A stretch of 64,000 nt of DNA from Gekko japonicus (Eukaryota), in the NCBI RefSeq assembly GCF_001447785.1, contig NW_015167533.1:1494717-1558716 (forward strand). The letters run 5' to 3'. Below are positions 51,208-64,000 of this stretch, piece by piece; the stretch's first letter is position 1; each line of letters starts with the position of its first letter. The position numbers were made by a program, and so were the translations under genes. Under the pieces are notes generated by a model. It saw only the letters and a list, made by a program, of their open reading frames with translations. It was not told the DNA's origin and did not search any database.

Positions 51208-51558
51208 CTTCAGATTACTTTTGTTTTTAAAAAAATTAGGGATGAATATTTAAAGGGCAAAGGTTCCAGTGTGGGAGTTAAGTCGTATGAAATAAAAAGT
51301 TCTTCCTCTAGTTCTAGTAAATAGAACACACAAATTTCCTGAAGGGTGTGTGAAACTACATGAGGTTGTGTGTGTATGTGTGTGCGCGCTATCAAGTGTG
51401 GATTCTTCAGCCCCAATTTCTCCCCTCCCAATCTGCAACCAAGCACAGAGAAGTAAAAACCCTCCTCACTCCTATTGTAGAACTGAGCTTCAGAGCCAGA
51501 GCAGAAACTTCTTGCACCTTAATCTTATTCTTTGTGGACAGGCCCACAAAACATCCTA

Positions 51559-51816
51559 ACCAGTTTGGTGTAGTGGTTAAGTGTGCGAACTCTAATCTGG
51601 GAGAACCGGGTTTGATTCCCCACTCCTCCACTTGCAGCTGCTGGGTAACCTTTGGCAAGCCATAGTTCTTTCAGAGATGTTCTCTCAAGGGCAGATCTGG
51701 AAAGAGCTCTCTCAGCCCCACCTACCTCACAAGGTGTCTGTTGTGGGGAGGGGAAGGGAAAGGAGTGAAGGGCGGGGTATAAACCCAATCTCTTCTTCTT
51801 CTTCCTCCTCCTCCTC
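51559..51816 (+). mobile_element. Squam3/CORE-like SINE
   Basis: Family consensus with an internal deletion. Confidence 0.8.
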
Positions 51817-51939
51817 AGGGCTAGGAGACCAGGAAGGTATTCTTAAATCCTGCCATTCTGAATGGTTTCTTTGATACTGTCCTACAGGGAAAGTGCAGTC
51901 CAAGTTGTTAGCTTGCTCGTCAAAATTTCAACAATAGTA

Positions 51940-52185
51940 CCGTATTTTCCGGCGTATAAGACGACTGGGCATATAAGACGACCCCCAACTTTTCCAGTTA
52001 AAATATAGAGTTTCGGATATACTTGTTTTGTTTTTCGGTTGTTTGCTACGCTCAAAGCGCAGCATGTACTACTGAAAGCGATAGAAAGACCAGAGTACCG
52101 TATTTACCGGCGTATAAGATGACCCCCCCATTTCTTAGAAGATTTCCTTGGGTTAAAAAGTAGTCTTATACACCAGAAAATACAG
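51940..52185. mobile_element. Tc1/mariner-superfamily (Tc2/pogo-like) MITE
   Basis: TIR CCGTATTTTCCGGCGTATAAGAC / GTCTTATACACCAGAAAATACAG with TA flanks. A second TIR copy lies internally near 52099. Confidence 0.72.
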
Positions 52186-52903
52186 TATTTTTCTGACATA
52201 ATTCTAACTGCTTTCCTCTTGTTTGTTGTCTTTTCCATATATATATTTATATAATTTAAAGGGGTACAGAATAAAAAAAAGACAAAGGGAAAGTGAGAAG
52301 CATAAAACATCATTTGTTAAACACATTTTGAGGACACTGTATAATTAGGAATATAAAACATGAAAAAAATAACATGACGTCAAATATGGTAAGATAACCG
52401 ATACTTCAACATCATATATTTCCGTTATTTCCTATCCATAGAGCTAGGTAAAAAAGCATATAGGCAAGGAACATAAGATAAGAAAAGAATAAAAAGAAAA
52501 GGTTTATACTATCATATAATAACTAGAAAATATGTAACTATTCAAAATTAATGAATATAACGATGAGAATATGATCATACGATTATGAGTATTAATCAAA
52601 TTTAATTTCTTTGTAACTCCTCTAACATCATTATCTAATCTAGTCGCTGACTTTTTGATACATTCCTTCACTGCCTTTGTCCCTTGCCTTTGTGACATGG
52701 GATAGTGCAGTCCTGGCTCTGCTCCCTCAAGGGCTCATATCAAGTTTCCAGTTGCGATCAGTAATGGAATTGCTAAATGCTTTCTTAATGCTCCCTCATG
52801 GGCATTATTTCTTCAGGGATCGCCCACAATGGCTCTGCTAACTCTTCATGAATTCTAGACAAGCATTAGAGATTTCCAATGATGGTCACCAAAGAATCCT
52901 TAC

Positions 52904-53112
52904 TGTACTCTATAACTGTCACATGAGGGATGTGTCTTGAAAGAATGCTTGAAAGGAACATAAATCATTTGAGACATAATCCCACTGATTAGGAGATCCC
53001 CTGACTGATACCACTTGTGTGGGACATGGAGAACCTCACGCTCAGAGCAGTGGGTGAAATCGTCGCCCACCACAGGAGTCAAGAGAAGCTGCAACACGAT
53101 TAGCACCAACAT
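52904..53112 (-). CDS. V2R-C exon 1; intact 6-exon V2R, 870 aa
   Basis: Signal peptide MLVLIVLQLLLTPVVG then HKWYQSGDLLISGI, GTAAG donor. 209+292+855+228+127+902 = 2613, in frame. Confidence 0.88.
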
Positions 53113-54278
53113 CCTGGCTACAAATCTTCTATCTAGATGTCGACTCTCCTGAGCCTGTGAATGAGCTATCATGTACGGTGGCTGACTGCCAATACCCCTG
53201 CAGAAGGGTATATTATCACCCTTTTATTTAGAGTCAAACAGCCTAGAAATATATGACGTTTGCATTCTCAAGTGGGAAAGAAAATGTGACGGAGACCACT
53301 CAACACATCTTCCCAGTTTTGAAGGACATTTTTTCTTCTTCTTATAAGCACTTGAAGACTTAGATAGATGATGTTTTCTAGCTCACCCTCTTGCTGTATC
53401 CTGGTCACGGGAAACAAATTTCAGTAATTTTGAAAATTACATGGAAGAGAGCACAAAATCAGCTGAGGTAATTAAGTGCCATCTATGGCAGAGAACTTGT
53501 TTTTCACACCTGACTCTGAGTTTACTCTGCTTCCAATAGTACAGTAGGCAATTTCCATTGTAGCAAGCACTAACAGGAAAACTAGGCCCTCTAGATGCAA
53601 CTTTGAAGGGAATACAATAAAGGATTCACTGTAGAAATAAAGGCAAATCCAGTGGTCCCCTCTGGAGTAGGCAGTAGTGGACTAGATATATCAATGATCT
53701 GAATCAGTAAAATCCAGATTCACCTCTGGTTGCCCATTCCATTTGTTTGATGGTACAGCTTGGCCTTTTACCTTCCTTGATAGGTCCATTCCCTATGTCA
53801 CAGACCCATAGGTGGTCAGTGTCCAGGTGTCACATATGGGAGAAAAGTGGTTCTTATGGGAGGCAATAAGGAGAAGAAACTTTTTTGGCTTTGTTCAAGC
53901 AAATGTTTATGTTCAAGACTGACCATTTAAAAAAGCAAACACTTGTATATCCATTCAACCACTGGACTGTTTTGGATTGCTAGCTATGGGAGGGGACGTG
54001 CAGATCTGTTCTCACAGAGTGTGTTGATGTGACATACTGACCTCCAAAAACAAGATACTTAATGCATCAAATTCAGGGAGCTGGGAGGTGAAAGCTTAAT
54101 GCTTCACTGTGAAGCACAGGTTGATTGACAGGCTCTTGCCTGAGTGCACCCCCCTCTCTGATTGGTCAGCATCAGCTGAGGAGAACTTAAAGAACAGCTG
54201 AGTGCTGAGGGAAAAGGGTCTTTTTCATTTTGCTTCATCTCTGGTGTATCAGAAGCCAGACATATGAAGTTAGTCCCT

Positions 54279-54601
54279 GGCCCATTCTGCATCTCAGCAT
54301 TCACTCTGCTGTTTTACTAAACCCACATTGGAACAGAAATTCCCCTCCACATAGCATGCCACTTTCTCTTTCTTTGACTGTCGGATTTTATGGCAGCCTC
54401 CACACTGCATTCTGGTTTCACTTCCTTTGATCTCTTGGTTTTATGGTATTGTCTGCACAGAGTTATGGCCATTTTATGTCCATTCTGCAGTCAGTACAGT
54501 GTTGGCCCTGGGTATTTGAATGTGGTTTTGAGCCACATCTTTTTCTGTTCTAGTGTGGGTTTGGTAAAACAACGGAGCGAATGCTAGATGCAGAATGGGC
54601 C
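54279..54601. mobile_element. PIF/Harbinger-like MITE
   Basis: TIR GGCCCATTCTGCATCT / AGATGCAGAATGGGCC. Inverted homolog at 60921-61254. Confidence 0.75.
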
Positions 54602-54780
54602 TCTCTGTCAGAGTGAAACAGACAGGTTCACTTGTGAAGTGAAGGGACACAATTCCTTGCTCTTCCTGTGTACCATCAAATCTGAGGAACAGTTCCAAAT
54701 AAGAACTTTAGTCTAAGCATCAGCCAAGCTGAAAGCCATTTATTTCACTGGGTCAAGAACAGAGGGTCAGTTTTGCCAGG

Positions 54781-55066
54781 AGAAGAAGAAGAAGAAGAAG
54801 AGATTGGATTTATACCCCGCCCTTCACTCCCCAAGGGAGTCTCAGAGCGGCTTACAAACTCCTTTCCCTTCCCCTCCCCACAACAGACACCCTGTGAGGT
54901 GGGTGGGGCTGAGAGAGCTCTGACACAAACTGCTCTTTTTCAGGGACAGCTGTGCCAGAGCTTGTGACTGACCCAAGGCCACATCAGCAGGTGCAAGTGG
55001 AGGAGTGGGGAATCAAACCCGGTTCTCCCAGATTAGAGTCCGTGCACTTAACCACTACACCAAACT
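54781..55066 (-). mobile_element. Squam3/CORE-like SINE
   Basis: Reverse complement of the family consensus with a (GAA)n tail. Confidence 0.82.
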
Positions 55067-56076
55067 GTCATTAGGTTGAAGCTGCCAGTCTAGCCAAACA
55101 GAAAAGGAATATTGCTTCTAGGAAAAGGAGAATATTCCCTTCTCAGTTATTCAGTGGGTGCAACTCAGAAGGGACCTCTGGTTGGTGTGAAAAACGAAAC
55201 AGTTTTAGACTTCTCTAGAGTTAAAGGGAAAGTTGTAATCCCACAGGGAGGGAGAATAAGTACAGGAAGAAAATACTGTTCTCCAGGAAACTAAGATAGT
55301 TATATGAATCTTTATTAGGACACATTGTTACTATTAAGAAATCTCCAAGATTAACAATCCTCTCTCTGTTAAGAACTGAGTCTCTAAGGAACTGAACTTC
55401 AACAGTACTTTGTTGCCTGTTCAAAATATCATAATTTTTAAATACAACATTTACCTCAGTTTTCTCATCCTTTGCATATTCCTAACCCAACCATGCCTGT
55501 TTAATAAAATTATCATTCCCGTTTGAACTTTACTTTGTGTCGCCATTTACAAAGGAAATTACAAGTGGGCTCCTGCTTATCAACAATAAATCTTTGGTCA
55601 GGGCAAAAGCCAAATATATTCTCTATCACAGGGTGGGACCCTCAGGAAGTCATAAACTGTTTTTTACCGCACACTACCAAAGGACTGCTGAAAAAGAGTG
55701 GGGAACAGCTATTTAGCATTTTGGTGGGAAAATCTGGCTCACAGAAAAAGAAAGCAGCAGGGGTCTGTCACACATGGGCTTGTGAATTACTCAAAGCTGA
55801 TGTTCATTGAATGCAGCTTGGCCACAATTTTGAACCACCATTGGCTGCAGCCACCTGAGTCTGTATAAAGAGAGAAAGGAAGTGGGGGCCACATTGTCTG
55901 GAATGGATCTGGTCGTGCACCAAATGATACTCTCTCATATGACCCTTTTGAATCCAGTCTTTATGGCTGTAACATTCTCCCCATTCCCTAAGATTTTCCA
56001 TCACTACCTTGAGCTCTTTTTCTGCCTGTTTGATCACATCTCTAGCTCACCTTTTCTCTAAGCCATTCAGAACAGC

Positions 56077-58338
56077 CAGCATGGGAAGGTCCTAGATTTG
56101 ATTCATTTCAATCTGTTTGCAAAAGGAAAGGGGTGTTTTTGCAAGCCAACCATGTGGCCTGCGACCACTCCTCTTCCTCTCTCCTGCTAGATTTATTTTT
56201 AATACCCTTTATTAAATTGTTAAAGTTATATAGGGATAGGGAAGAAAAGGGAAACAAAAATACAAATTCTTCTGCACACAAATCTTTTCCACTTATCATT
56301 TCAAATTACCAAAAGATAGACTGTGAATTTTTAAGAGTTCATAGATGCTCCTTCATATCATATTATCAAAATATTTGTATCTTTATGTTTCTTTTTTATC
56401 CAGGCATAAAAAGGAGTCCATAATCCGAAGAAATCTTCTTCCATTTGCCCTCTTAGCATCAAAGTCAATTGATGAATTTCCACACTTTCCATAATCTTCA
56501 TTATTAAGTCTTGTTCTGAAGGTATTGTTGGAAATCCACATGGTACCTGCTGAGCAGCTGAAGCCCTTTCGATCAGGAAGGAGGGGAGGGAGAAGGGTGG
56601 CTGGGTGGGTGGTCAACCTGTGGGGTGGAACTTGGGCACGGGGCTTCCCCCGCTGACCAACTGACTGGGGCAGATTGAAGCCCCCAGAAGTGGGAAAAAC
56701 CCCCCCCGGACCTGGGGACTGGGAACACTATGTCCCCAATTAGACAAATTGTCTTTGTTCCACAGGGGGGAAAGCATGGGATAACTCAGTTTTTTTAATG
56801 TTTTCTTGCTATTATTTGTTCTCTTTTGTTCAGATCAGGCCTCAGAAGTATAATATAGCATTTGGGGGAAAAGATACAACACAGTAACCCGGCAGCAGAG
56901 GCCAAGATTGAGAAAATCTCTACTGCCACCATGTATTTTCCTTTGGTGCTCAGGTATGATGGAACAAAACACAACCAAACACTGCAAAACATCAGCATGC
57001 TGAAGGTGATGAACTTGGCTTTATTAAAACTGTCAGGCAACTTCCTGGCAAAGAAAGCCACAGTGAAGCTTATAAAGGACAGAAGTCCCATGTAGCCTAG
57101 AAGAATATAAAACATAACCACAGACCCTTCATTGCATTCTGCCACTATCTCTTCAGTCATTGTCTTTGTGTCAAAATCTGGGAATGGGGGAGAGGTTCCT
57201 AGCCACACAGCATGGGAAGGTCCTAGATTTGATTCATTTCAATCTGTTTGCAAAAGGAAAGGGTGTTTTTGCAAGCCAACCATGTGGCCTGCGACCACTC
57301 CTCTCCCTCTCTCCTGCTAGATTTATTTTTAATACACTTTATTAAATTGCTAAAGTTATAAAGGGATAGGGAAGAAAAAGGAAACAAAAACACAAAGTCT
57401 TCTGCATACAGATCTTTTCCACTTATCATTTCAAATTATCAAAAGATAGACAGCGAATTTTTAAGAGTTCATAGATGCTCCTTCATATCATATTATCAAA
57501 ATATTCACATCTTTATGTTTCTTTTTTATCCAGTCATTAAAAAGGAGTCCATAATCCGAAGAAATCTTCTTCCATTTGCCCTCTTAGCATCAAAGTCAAT
57601 TTATGAATTTCCGCACTTTCCATAATCTTCATTATTAAGTCTTGTTCTGAAGGTATTGTCGGAAATCCACATGGTACCTGCTGAGCAGCTGAAGCCCTTT
57701 CGATCAGGCAGGAGAGGAGGGGGAAGGGTGGCCGGGTGGGTGGTCAACCTGTGGGGTGGAACTTGGGCACGGGGCTTCCCCCGCTGACCAACTGACTGGG
57801 GCAGATTGAAGCCCCCAGAAGTGGGAAAAACCCCACCCGGACCTGGGGACTGGGAACCCTATGTCCCCAATTAGACAAATTGTCTTTGTTCCACAGGGGG
57901 GAAAGCATGGGATAACTCAGTTTTTTTAATGTTTTCTTGCTATTATTTGTTCTCTTTTGTTCAGATCAGGCCTCAGAAGTATAATATAGCATTTGGGGGA
58001 AAAGATACAACACAGTAACCCGGCAGCAGAGGCCAAGATTGAGAAAATCTCTACTGCCACCATGTATTTTCCTTTGGTGCTCAGGTATGATGGAACAAAA
58101 CACAACCAAACACTGCAAAACATCAGCATGCTGAAGGTGATGAACTTGGCTTTATTAAAACTGTCAGGCAACTTCCTGGCAAAGAAAGCCACAGTGAAGC
58201 TTATAAAGGACAGAAGTCCCATGTAGCCTAGAAGAATATAAAACATAACCACAGACCCTTCATTGCATTCTGCCACTATCTCTTCAGTCATTGTCTTTGT
58301 GTCAAAATCTGGGAATGGGGGAGAGGTTCCTAGCCACA
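56077..58338. repeat. 1131-bp tandem duplication of the V2R-D 3' end
   Basis: 56077-57207 and 57208-58338. Junction TAGCCACAC|AGCATGGG. Confidence 0.92.
56795..57207 (-). pseudogene. Duplicated C-terminal part of V2R-D exon 6 (WLG..RKH)
   Basis: Translation identical to the last 136 aa of D. Lacks an upstream exon portion. Confidence 0.85.
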
Positions 58339-58827
58339 CCACACAAATACACACTTGGATAATGGAGCAGGTAAAGACAAGAGAACTGGTAAGAGTTTTC
58401 CCCACCCACTTCCTCATGCTGGACCCTGGCTTGATGGCCATGAAAGCTAAAACCACAGTGGTGGTTTTGGACAAGATACACGAAACAGCCACAGAGAAAA
58501 TGATGCCAAAAGCAGACTGTCGGAGGTAGCAAGTCAATTTGCTTGGTCTTCCCAGGAAGAGGAATGAACAGAGGAAGCAAAGAAAGAGAGTGATGTGGAG
58601 AACATAGGTGACATCCTGGTTGTTGGCTTTGACTATGGGAGTATCTTTGTGCTTAATAAAAGTTCTTAGTATCAAGACTGTAATAAGGGAGAAAGAAACA
58701 GCAACTGAAGCCAAACAGATCCCCATTGGTTCTTTATAGGAGAGAAAGTTGATCATCTTGGGAATACAGTGATCTTGATCATGACTTGGATACTGATCTT
58801 CTGGACATGTAGAACAGTCATTCATGT
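57926..58827 (-). CDS. V2R-D exon 6 (7TM)
   Basis: [17 protein letters not shown] and [12 protein letters not shown] motifs. CAG acceptor at 58828-58830. Confidence 0.93.
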
Positions 58828-59221
58828 CTGAAAAAAGGAAGAGCGACCATCTCAATAGCCATTCATATGTAACTAAGGGCTAATTCTGGTGACCCTGTTC
58901 AGTATGTGATATATTACAAATGTTGAATTCCAGTAACTTCTTATTTGCTAGGGAGTATTACCTATGAAAAACACTTAAATAATGTTTTATTATTTGTTAA
59001 AGATAAAAGATTTTCCCTAACTATGTTGCTTGATATTGTTTTGAATGCAGATGTCAATGACTGAACTGGGGTGTTTTTCATGCATAACAAGTGTGTGTTC
59101 TACCAGTCATCTCCAAACTATGCCATTTGTCTCAATGCCGACTATTACCTTTTTCAAGAGTAAGAGTATAAGGGTGTGTTTGTCTGTTTGCAGGCTTCTT
59201 GGGAAAATCTCTGTCACCTAC

Positions 59222-59348
59222 CCTTCTGGATTGAAATTTTCCCTTTTGGGCAAGGAGCCCATTCATAGCAGCAAAACTGCTCCCCTTCTTTCTTTCTTTT
59301 CTGATAACCAGGTTGACAGGAGTCACTACATCTAGAAACAGGGAGCAC
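59222..59348 (-). CDS. V2R-D exon 5 (cysteine-rich domain, one Cys>Trp)
   Basis: VLPVSRCSDSCQPGYQKRKKEGEQFCCYEWAPCPKGKISIQK, 127 bp, AG/GT. Confidence 0.9.
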
Positions 59349-60920
59349 CTACAGATAAAGAAGAGAGAGTCTCGTGACAACTTGAAGTCTAAAGGATTTC
59401 TCATAGGTTAATTTAACGGCTAGAGCCCACATTTCAAGATGTGTGAAGTGTTGCATCTACAGAAGTGGATTTATTAGTAAGGGGCAAAGCATTAGGTCAG
59501 ATTAAAGCATAACAGAGAAGGAATTCTAACAATGTAAGGAAAGTTAAGTAAAAACAGCATTAATTAAATATCAGTATTATTAAATTTAAAAATTTAAATT
59601 AATATACTAATAACATTAGAATTACAATAGTAGAAAGTAACAAAATTAAAGACAAAGACAAAGTAAGGTAAAAAAGACCCCATTTGGGAGAAAAGAAGCA
59701 GATTATATATGACAGAATAAAAGGAATACTGTTAGTTTTGTTTTTTGCCTTCTTTTAGCCAGATGTATTAGGTCCACCTTTTCAAAGTATTAGAGATTTG
59801 CAATATAATCCTAACCAGAGTCAAACCCTTCTAAATCAATTGAAGTCAATTGACCTAGAAGGTTATGGCTCTTGCCCCAGGTGGAATAACGAGGCAGACA
59901 TGGAATTGGGATTAGCTAAAGGCTACTTTATTGGATATTTACACTTTTCTGCAGCAAGTGTAAACCTCTGAGTGCGGGAATCAGACAAGGCAGGTGCTGG
60001 GCCCCCAACCACCTCCTTGCCTTATCCTGGGCACGCCACCTGTGCCCTGAATGTGAGCCAAACCCTTGGTTTGCCCCTGGCCAGCATGGCCAAACATGAA
60101 CCACCATGTAGAGCCCCCCCCCCCCACTGTTGCATAACTTTGAAGAGACAAATCCTTCCAGGACAGCTCTGAAGGCAATCCAGTTTCCCCACCCTAGGCA
60201 CAAAACCTACAGCTAAATATTGATGGGCCCCTTGACCCCCCAAACAGGGGAGGCACTCTCTGGTGTTCACAGTATCCATTTTCCCCTTTCTGCACCAACC
60301 TGCCAAGTGACCGAACCTACTCACAGCTCCACACCCATGACACTATCCAATCTACTGTACAGTTCAAGGTAGGTGAAAAACACCCCCTCTTGCCATGTCA
60401 ATAACAAGGAGGGCAAATAAATTCCTACCTGGTCCCGAAAGGCAGCAACCAGCCAAAGACTTCACTGCTGGCTGTGGATGAGGTTAAAGAGGATGCTATG
60501 GGGGCAGCCTTTAAAGGCTCCCTGGCCCCGCCCTTAACACAGCAACACTTACGTTGCACACCATTACTTCTCCCCTTCCGGGGGTGGCAATGCAGACCCC
60601 ACCTGCAAGTGCCTGTCAGCTCCACAGGCGGAGGAACCGTGTTTCCTCAAGATCACACTGTTACAATCCAGCCCTGTAATTTTGACATTCCAAAAGATTT
60701 CTGCCATTCTGCCCGCACTATTGCATTAGCTGCTGTCACATGGAAAGTTCAACTTTTTCCTTGGCTATGGATCCCTTGAGAATTATCAATAAGTGTATTT
60801 TAAGGTCTAATGATAAAACTAATCTTAATAACTCATTAATCACTGCATGGGTAGGAATGGGGAATATCGACACCTTACTCTTACACTTCCATTTAGCATC
60901 TGCTTCCTAGAGGTGGCATT

Positions 60921-61254
60921 GGCCCATTCTGCATCTAGCATTTGCTCTGTTGTTTTACCAAACCCACAATGGAACAGAAAAAGATGCAGCTCAAAACCAC
61001 ATTCAAATACCCCGGGCCAATGCCATACTGACTGCAGAGTCACCCCTGAACAGCCATAAAACAGCCATAAATCCATGCAGACAGTACCATAAAAACCGAG
61101 AGATCAAAGGAAGTGAAAGCAGCATGCAGTGTGGAGGGTACAATAAAACCCAACAACAAAAGAAAGTGAAAGTGGCATGCAATGCGGAGGGGAATTTCTG
61201 TTCCAATGTGGGTTTGGTAAAACAACGGAGCAAATACTAGATGCAGAATGGGCC
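60921..61254. mobile_element. PIF/Harbinger-like MITE
   Basis: TIR GGCCCATTCTGCATCTAG, 3-bp flanks ATT/ACT. Confidence 0.75.
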
Positions 61255-61384
61255 ACTGAGACCATTACAGGAATTAATCAACCATGAGGTGTCTGATTAT
61301 GCTGCAAAGGATGATGATGCTTACCCATATGACAAAGCAACCAACGGAATAAAGCTATCCTCAAGAATACTTTGAAGTCCATAC

Positions 61385-61612
61385 CTGGTTAAAGCCCTGG
61401 TGCCACACAAGTAAATCCTCATGAAGAGTGACTTCCTTCCCTTCAGGAGATTTGGGATCCACTCTTCCAACCTTCATTCTAATGATGGAGTAATTTGGAA
61501 AGGTGACCATATTCACGATGTCAAACCCCATTCCCATTTCCCTGCTCTCATGAAGTGACAGTGTTTCTCCGGCCGAGTTGTTAAATGAAATTCCTTGGAG
61601 AAACTGGTGGAG
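61385..61612 (-). CDS. V2R-D exon 4
   Basis: LHQFLQGISFNNSAGETL..GFDIVNMVTFPN..WHQGFNQ, 228 bp, AG/GT. Confidence 0.9.
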
Positions 61613-62084
61613 CTATTTAAAAGAAGAAGAAGAACTGGAGGGACAGCGCACTGCATCTTAGACCTGTCATATCAATGATAAGAAACTATGTTTTTGAAGT
61701 CTTCCTGAGTAGATATAAATTACCTGCCTACCATTTTTCTCCTCACCTTGATACAGAGAGTACTCCATCTTTCTCTGTTATACCTCTGAGGATGCCAGTC
61801 ACAGATGCCAAGACCATGGCCATACAGCCCGGAAAATCTACAACAACTAAAGATAACAAACTACTTCCTATGTATTTGTCTCAGGATGACTCAGGTCCCC
61901 AGTTCTAAAACAACAGTATAAAATACAGTTGAATGATTGACTATCACAGAGATAAAAAGTCTAACATTACAACAGTAAAGATGGAATATATTAATACTAC
62001 CTGAACATGAAAGTCTAAAAGCATCTTATCCCCAGCTAGCAAATTATTCCCCCTTTGCCAAGACACACATTGTACAGCTGTTAC

Positions 62085-62936
62085 CTGCCAAGGCTGGGGA
62101 TCATGAAATTCAGGACTTTTGCATCCAAAAACTGATTGGTAATTGTATTGAGATGAGTACATGGCATGCAAAGCATGTGCAACAGCATAGACTGCATTGT
62201 AGATGCCATAGCTGTGGCCAGTCATATGCATTTCAAAAACAGTGTCAGGAAGATTTTCCAGCCTCTCCTTTCCAGTACATGTATTCGTAACCAAAGAATC
62301 TGGAAATGCACACTCAAATGCTTCTTTCCAGAAGGCTTTGACAAATTTATTCTCAACGGTACTGTAAGGTTTTATGACATGGAGAAATTTCTCAAAATCT
62401 AGAAGCTCCTGCGTGTGAATTGTCAAGGAAATGGAACCATGGAAAACAGTTAGATCTAAACCTCTCTCAAGTCGTGATACAGCAAAATCAATCTGGCTTG
62501 TTGTAATCCACACCTTTCCAATAGATTTTAGTTCCTTATAGTCATCATTTAATGAACATACTATGGTGATCAATAATGTCATGGTCCGATTATCTCCATA
62601 GATAACACATATACTGGCTTTGCTCAATTTGAGAAATTGATAAATTTTTGAAAACATGTTGGTTATTTCAGTCATTTCATTAAAACGGTTTTTTTGTGGT
62701 ATTTGTTGTATGAAGGCCAGACAGATTTCATGCTGGGAAAACAACCGTTCCAGATTGTTTATGAAATGTTCTCCATTGTCATCATCCACCACAAATAGTC
62801 CAACCCATGTCCATCCAAAATGCTGGAGTAACCAGACAATCCCCGTGTACTGATGGGTTTCTTTAGTGGCCACATGGTACGAAAAGGGAAGGTGTTCTGT
62901 TTCCCTCTGTTCTGAAGCAAAGGACCCATATGAGAA
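62085..62936 (-). CDS. V2R-D exon 3
   Basis: FSYGSFA..LQHFGWTWVG..IYNAVYAVAHALH..QPWQ, 852 bp. Confidence 0.93.
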
Positions 62937-63322
62937 CTAAAAGAAATATAGAATATTTTTTACAGTTAGATAAGAAGGACTGAGTGTTAGTTCTGACCTC
63001 TCTTCAGCAGTCAGTCTCAAATTCAGATTTGTATCTGCAAAACTGTGACTCAAGTATCCTACAAATTGACATGTGAGAATAACATGGCATTTCTGGGAAA
63101 CAGTCATGGCAAGGTGTCTACCTTCCCTTTCTCCCCCCCCCATCTGAAGACAATCTAAGTTTTAATTCTATAAATTCTGTAGAACATCTAATCAAACTTC
63201 ATTCTGTTTCTGAAACAGAACGCTGATGTTAGAAAGGGAGTGACGAGAGAATAATGGATTCAGCTTGTGAAAAGCCAGCCACCTATTTATTATTTATTTA
63301 TTAATTTATGCATAGGTCCTAC

Positions 63323-63614
63323 CTGTGGAATCTTGTAGAGACTTAAAATGTCCGAAATAAAGATTGAGGTATCAGAGCCAAGTCCTCCGATCACAGCAAT
63401 TCGATTTTTTGAGGCTGAGCACATGTAGTTAGGAACTAATCTATGTGATTTGAAGAGCAGGTCCAGAGTGGTACGATAGGTCATCTTCTCATAATAGTAG
63501 CTGTCATAGATGCGGAATCCAAGAGTGACATTGGGCAAGATCTTGGTATTGGAATTGATCTCATTTATGGCAAAGACCAGGGCAAGGCTATGCTGGTAGA
63601 ACTTTGTCAGCATA
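63323..63614 (-). CDS. V2R-D exon 2 (exon 1 lies beyond the window end)
   Basis: YQHSLALVFAINEIN..LPNVTLGFRIYDS..YKIPQ, 292 bp. Confidence 0.93.
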
Positions 63615-64000
63615 CTGCAAATAGAGTTTCATAGGGTTTCACAAACATATTTCACATGGCATGAAGTTATTGAATCGGGTTCTTGTTATTTCATTTTTCT
63701 ATCAGTAAGACATCTACTTAGTACTATTTACTATCTACTCAGACTGGCAGTGGCTCTCCAAAGTTTCAAGCAGCCTTTCACATCACCTACTGCCTGGTCC
63801 TTTTAACTGGAGATGCCAGGGATTGAACCTGGGATCATCTGCATGCCAAGCAGATGCTCTACCGTTGAGTCATGGACCCTAACTCTCATGTTTCTCTTGT
63901 GTAACTCTTGTGTAGCTCTCGAGGTATACAACTCCCCCTTTAGTGCAAGTAATATTCATGATGCATCAAAACACCTAGGCTATGGAAACTACAAAATATT

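Overview
Eukaryotic vertebrate DNA, most likely a squamate reptile and possibly a gecko (inferred from BovB RTE LINEs, many Squam3/CORE-like tRNA SINEs with (TCT)n tails, CR1 and Penelope remnants). The window is a vomeronasal type-2 receptor (V2R, class C GPCR) cluster undergoing birth-and-death evolution. An apparently intact IGHV segment (leader, V exon, 23-RSS, double octamer promoter) sits at its left edge. V2R loci, with splice sites read by eye: A (+, 13664-24153, 6 exons, intact, 878 aa); B (+, 30433-37211, a duplicate of A with a ~4.5 kb deletion removing most of exon 3 and its donor, mosaic, spans an N gap); C (-, 53112-42987, 6 exons, intact, 870 aa); D (-, exons 2-6 at 63614-57926, exon 1 outside the window, open frames but with a CRD Cys>Trp and an FNEAK>FNKAK change, followed by a 1131-bp tandem duplicate of its 3' end); E (-, only exons 5-6, in-frame stop). 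There are also two small 7TM fragments. Intergenic and intronic DNA is dense with nested transposons, palindromic MITEs, Penelope-derived degenerate hammerhead motifs and tandem duplications. Assembly gaps lie at 175-644 and 34161-34243. I found no wholly new system. The best leads are the IGHV-V2R juxtaposition, the doubly substituted receptor D and the exon-3-deleted receptor B.
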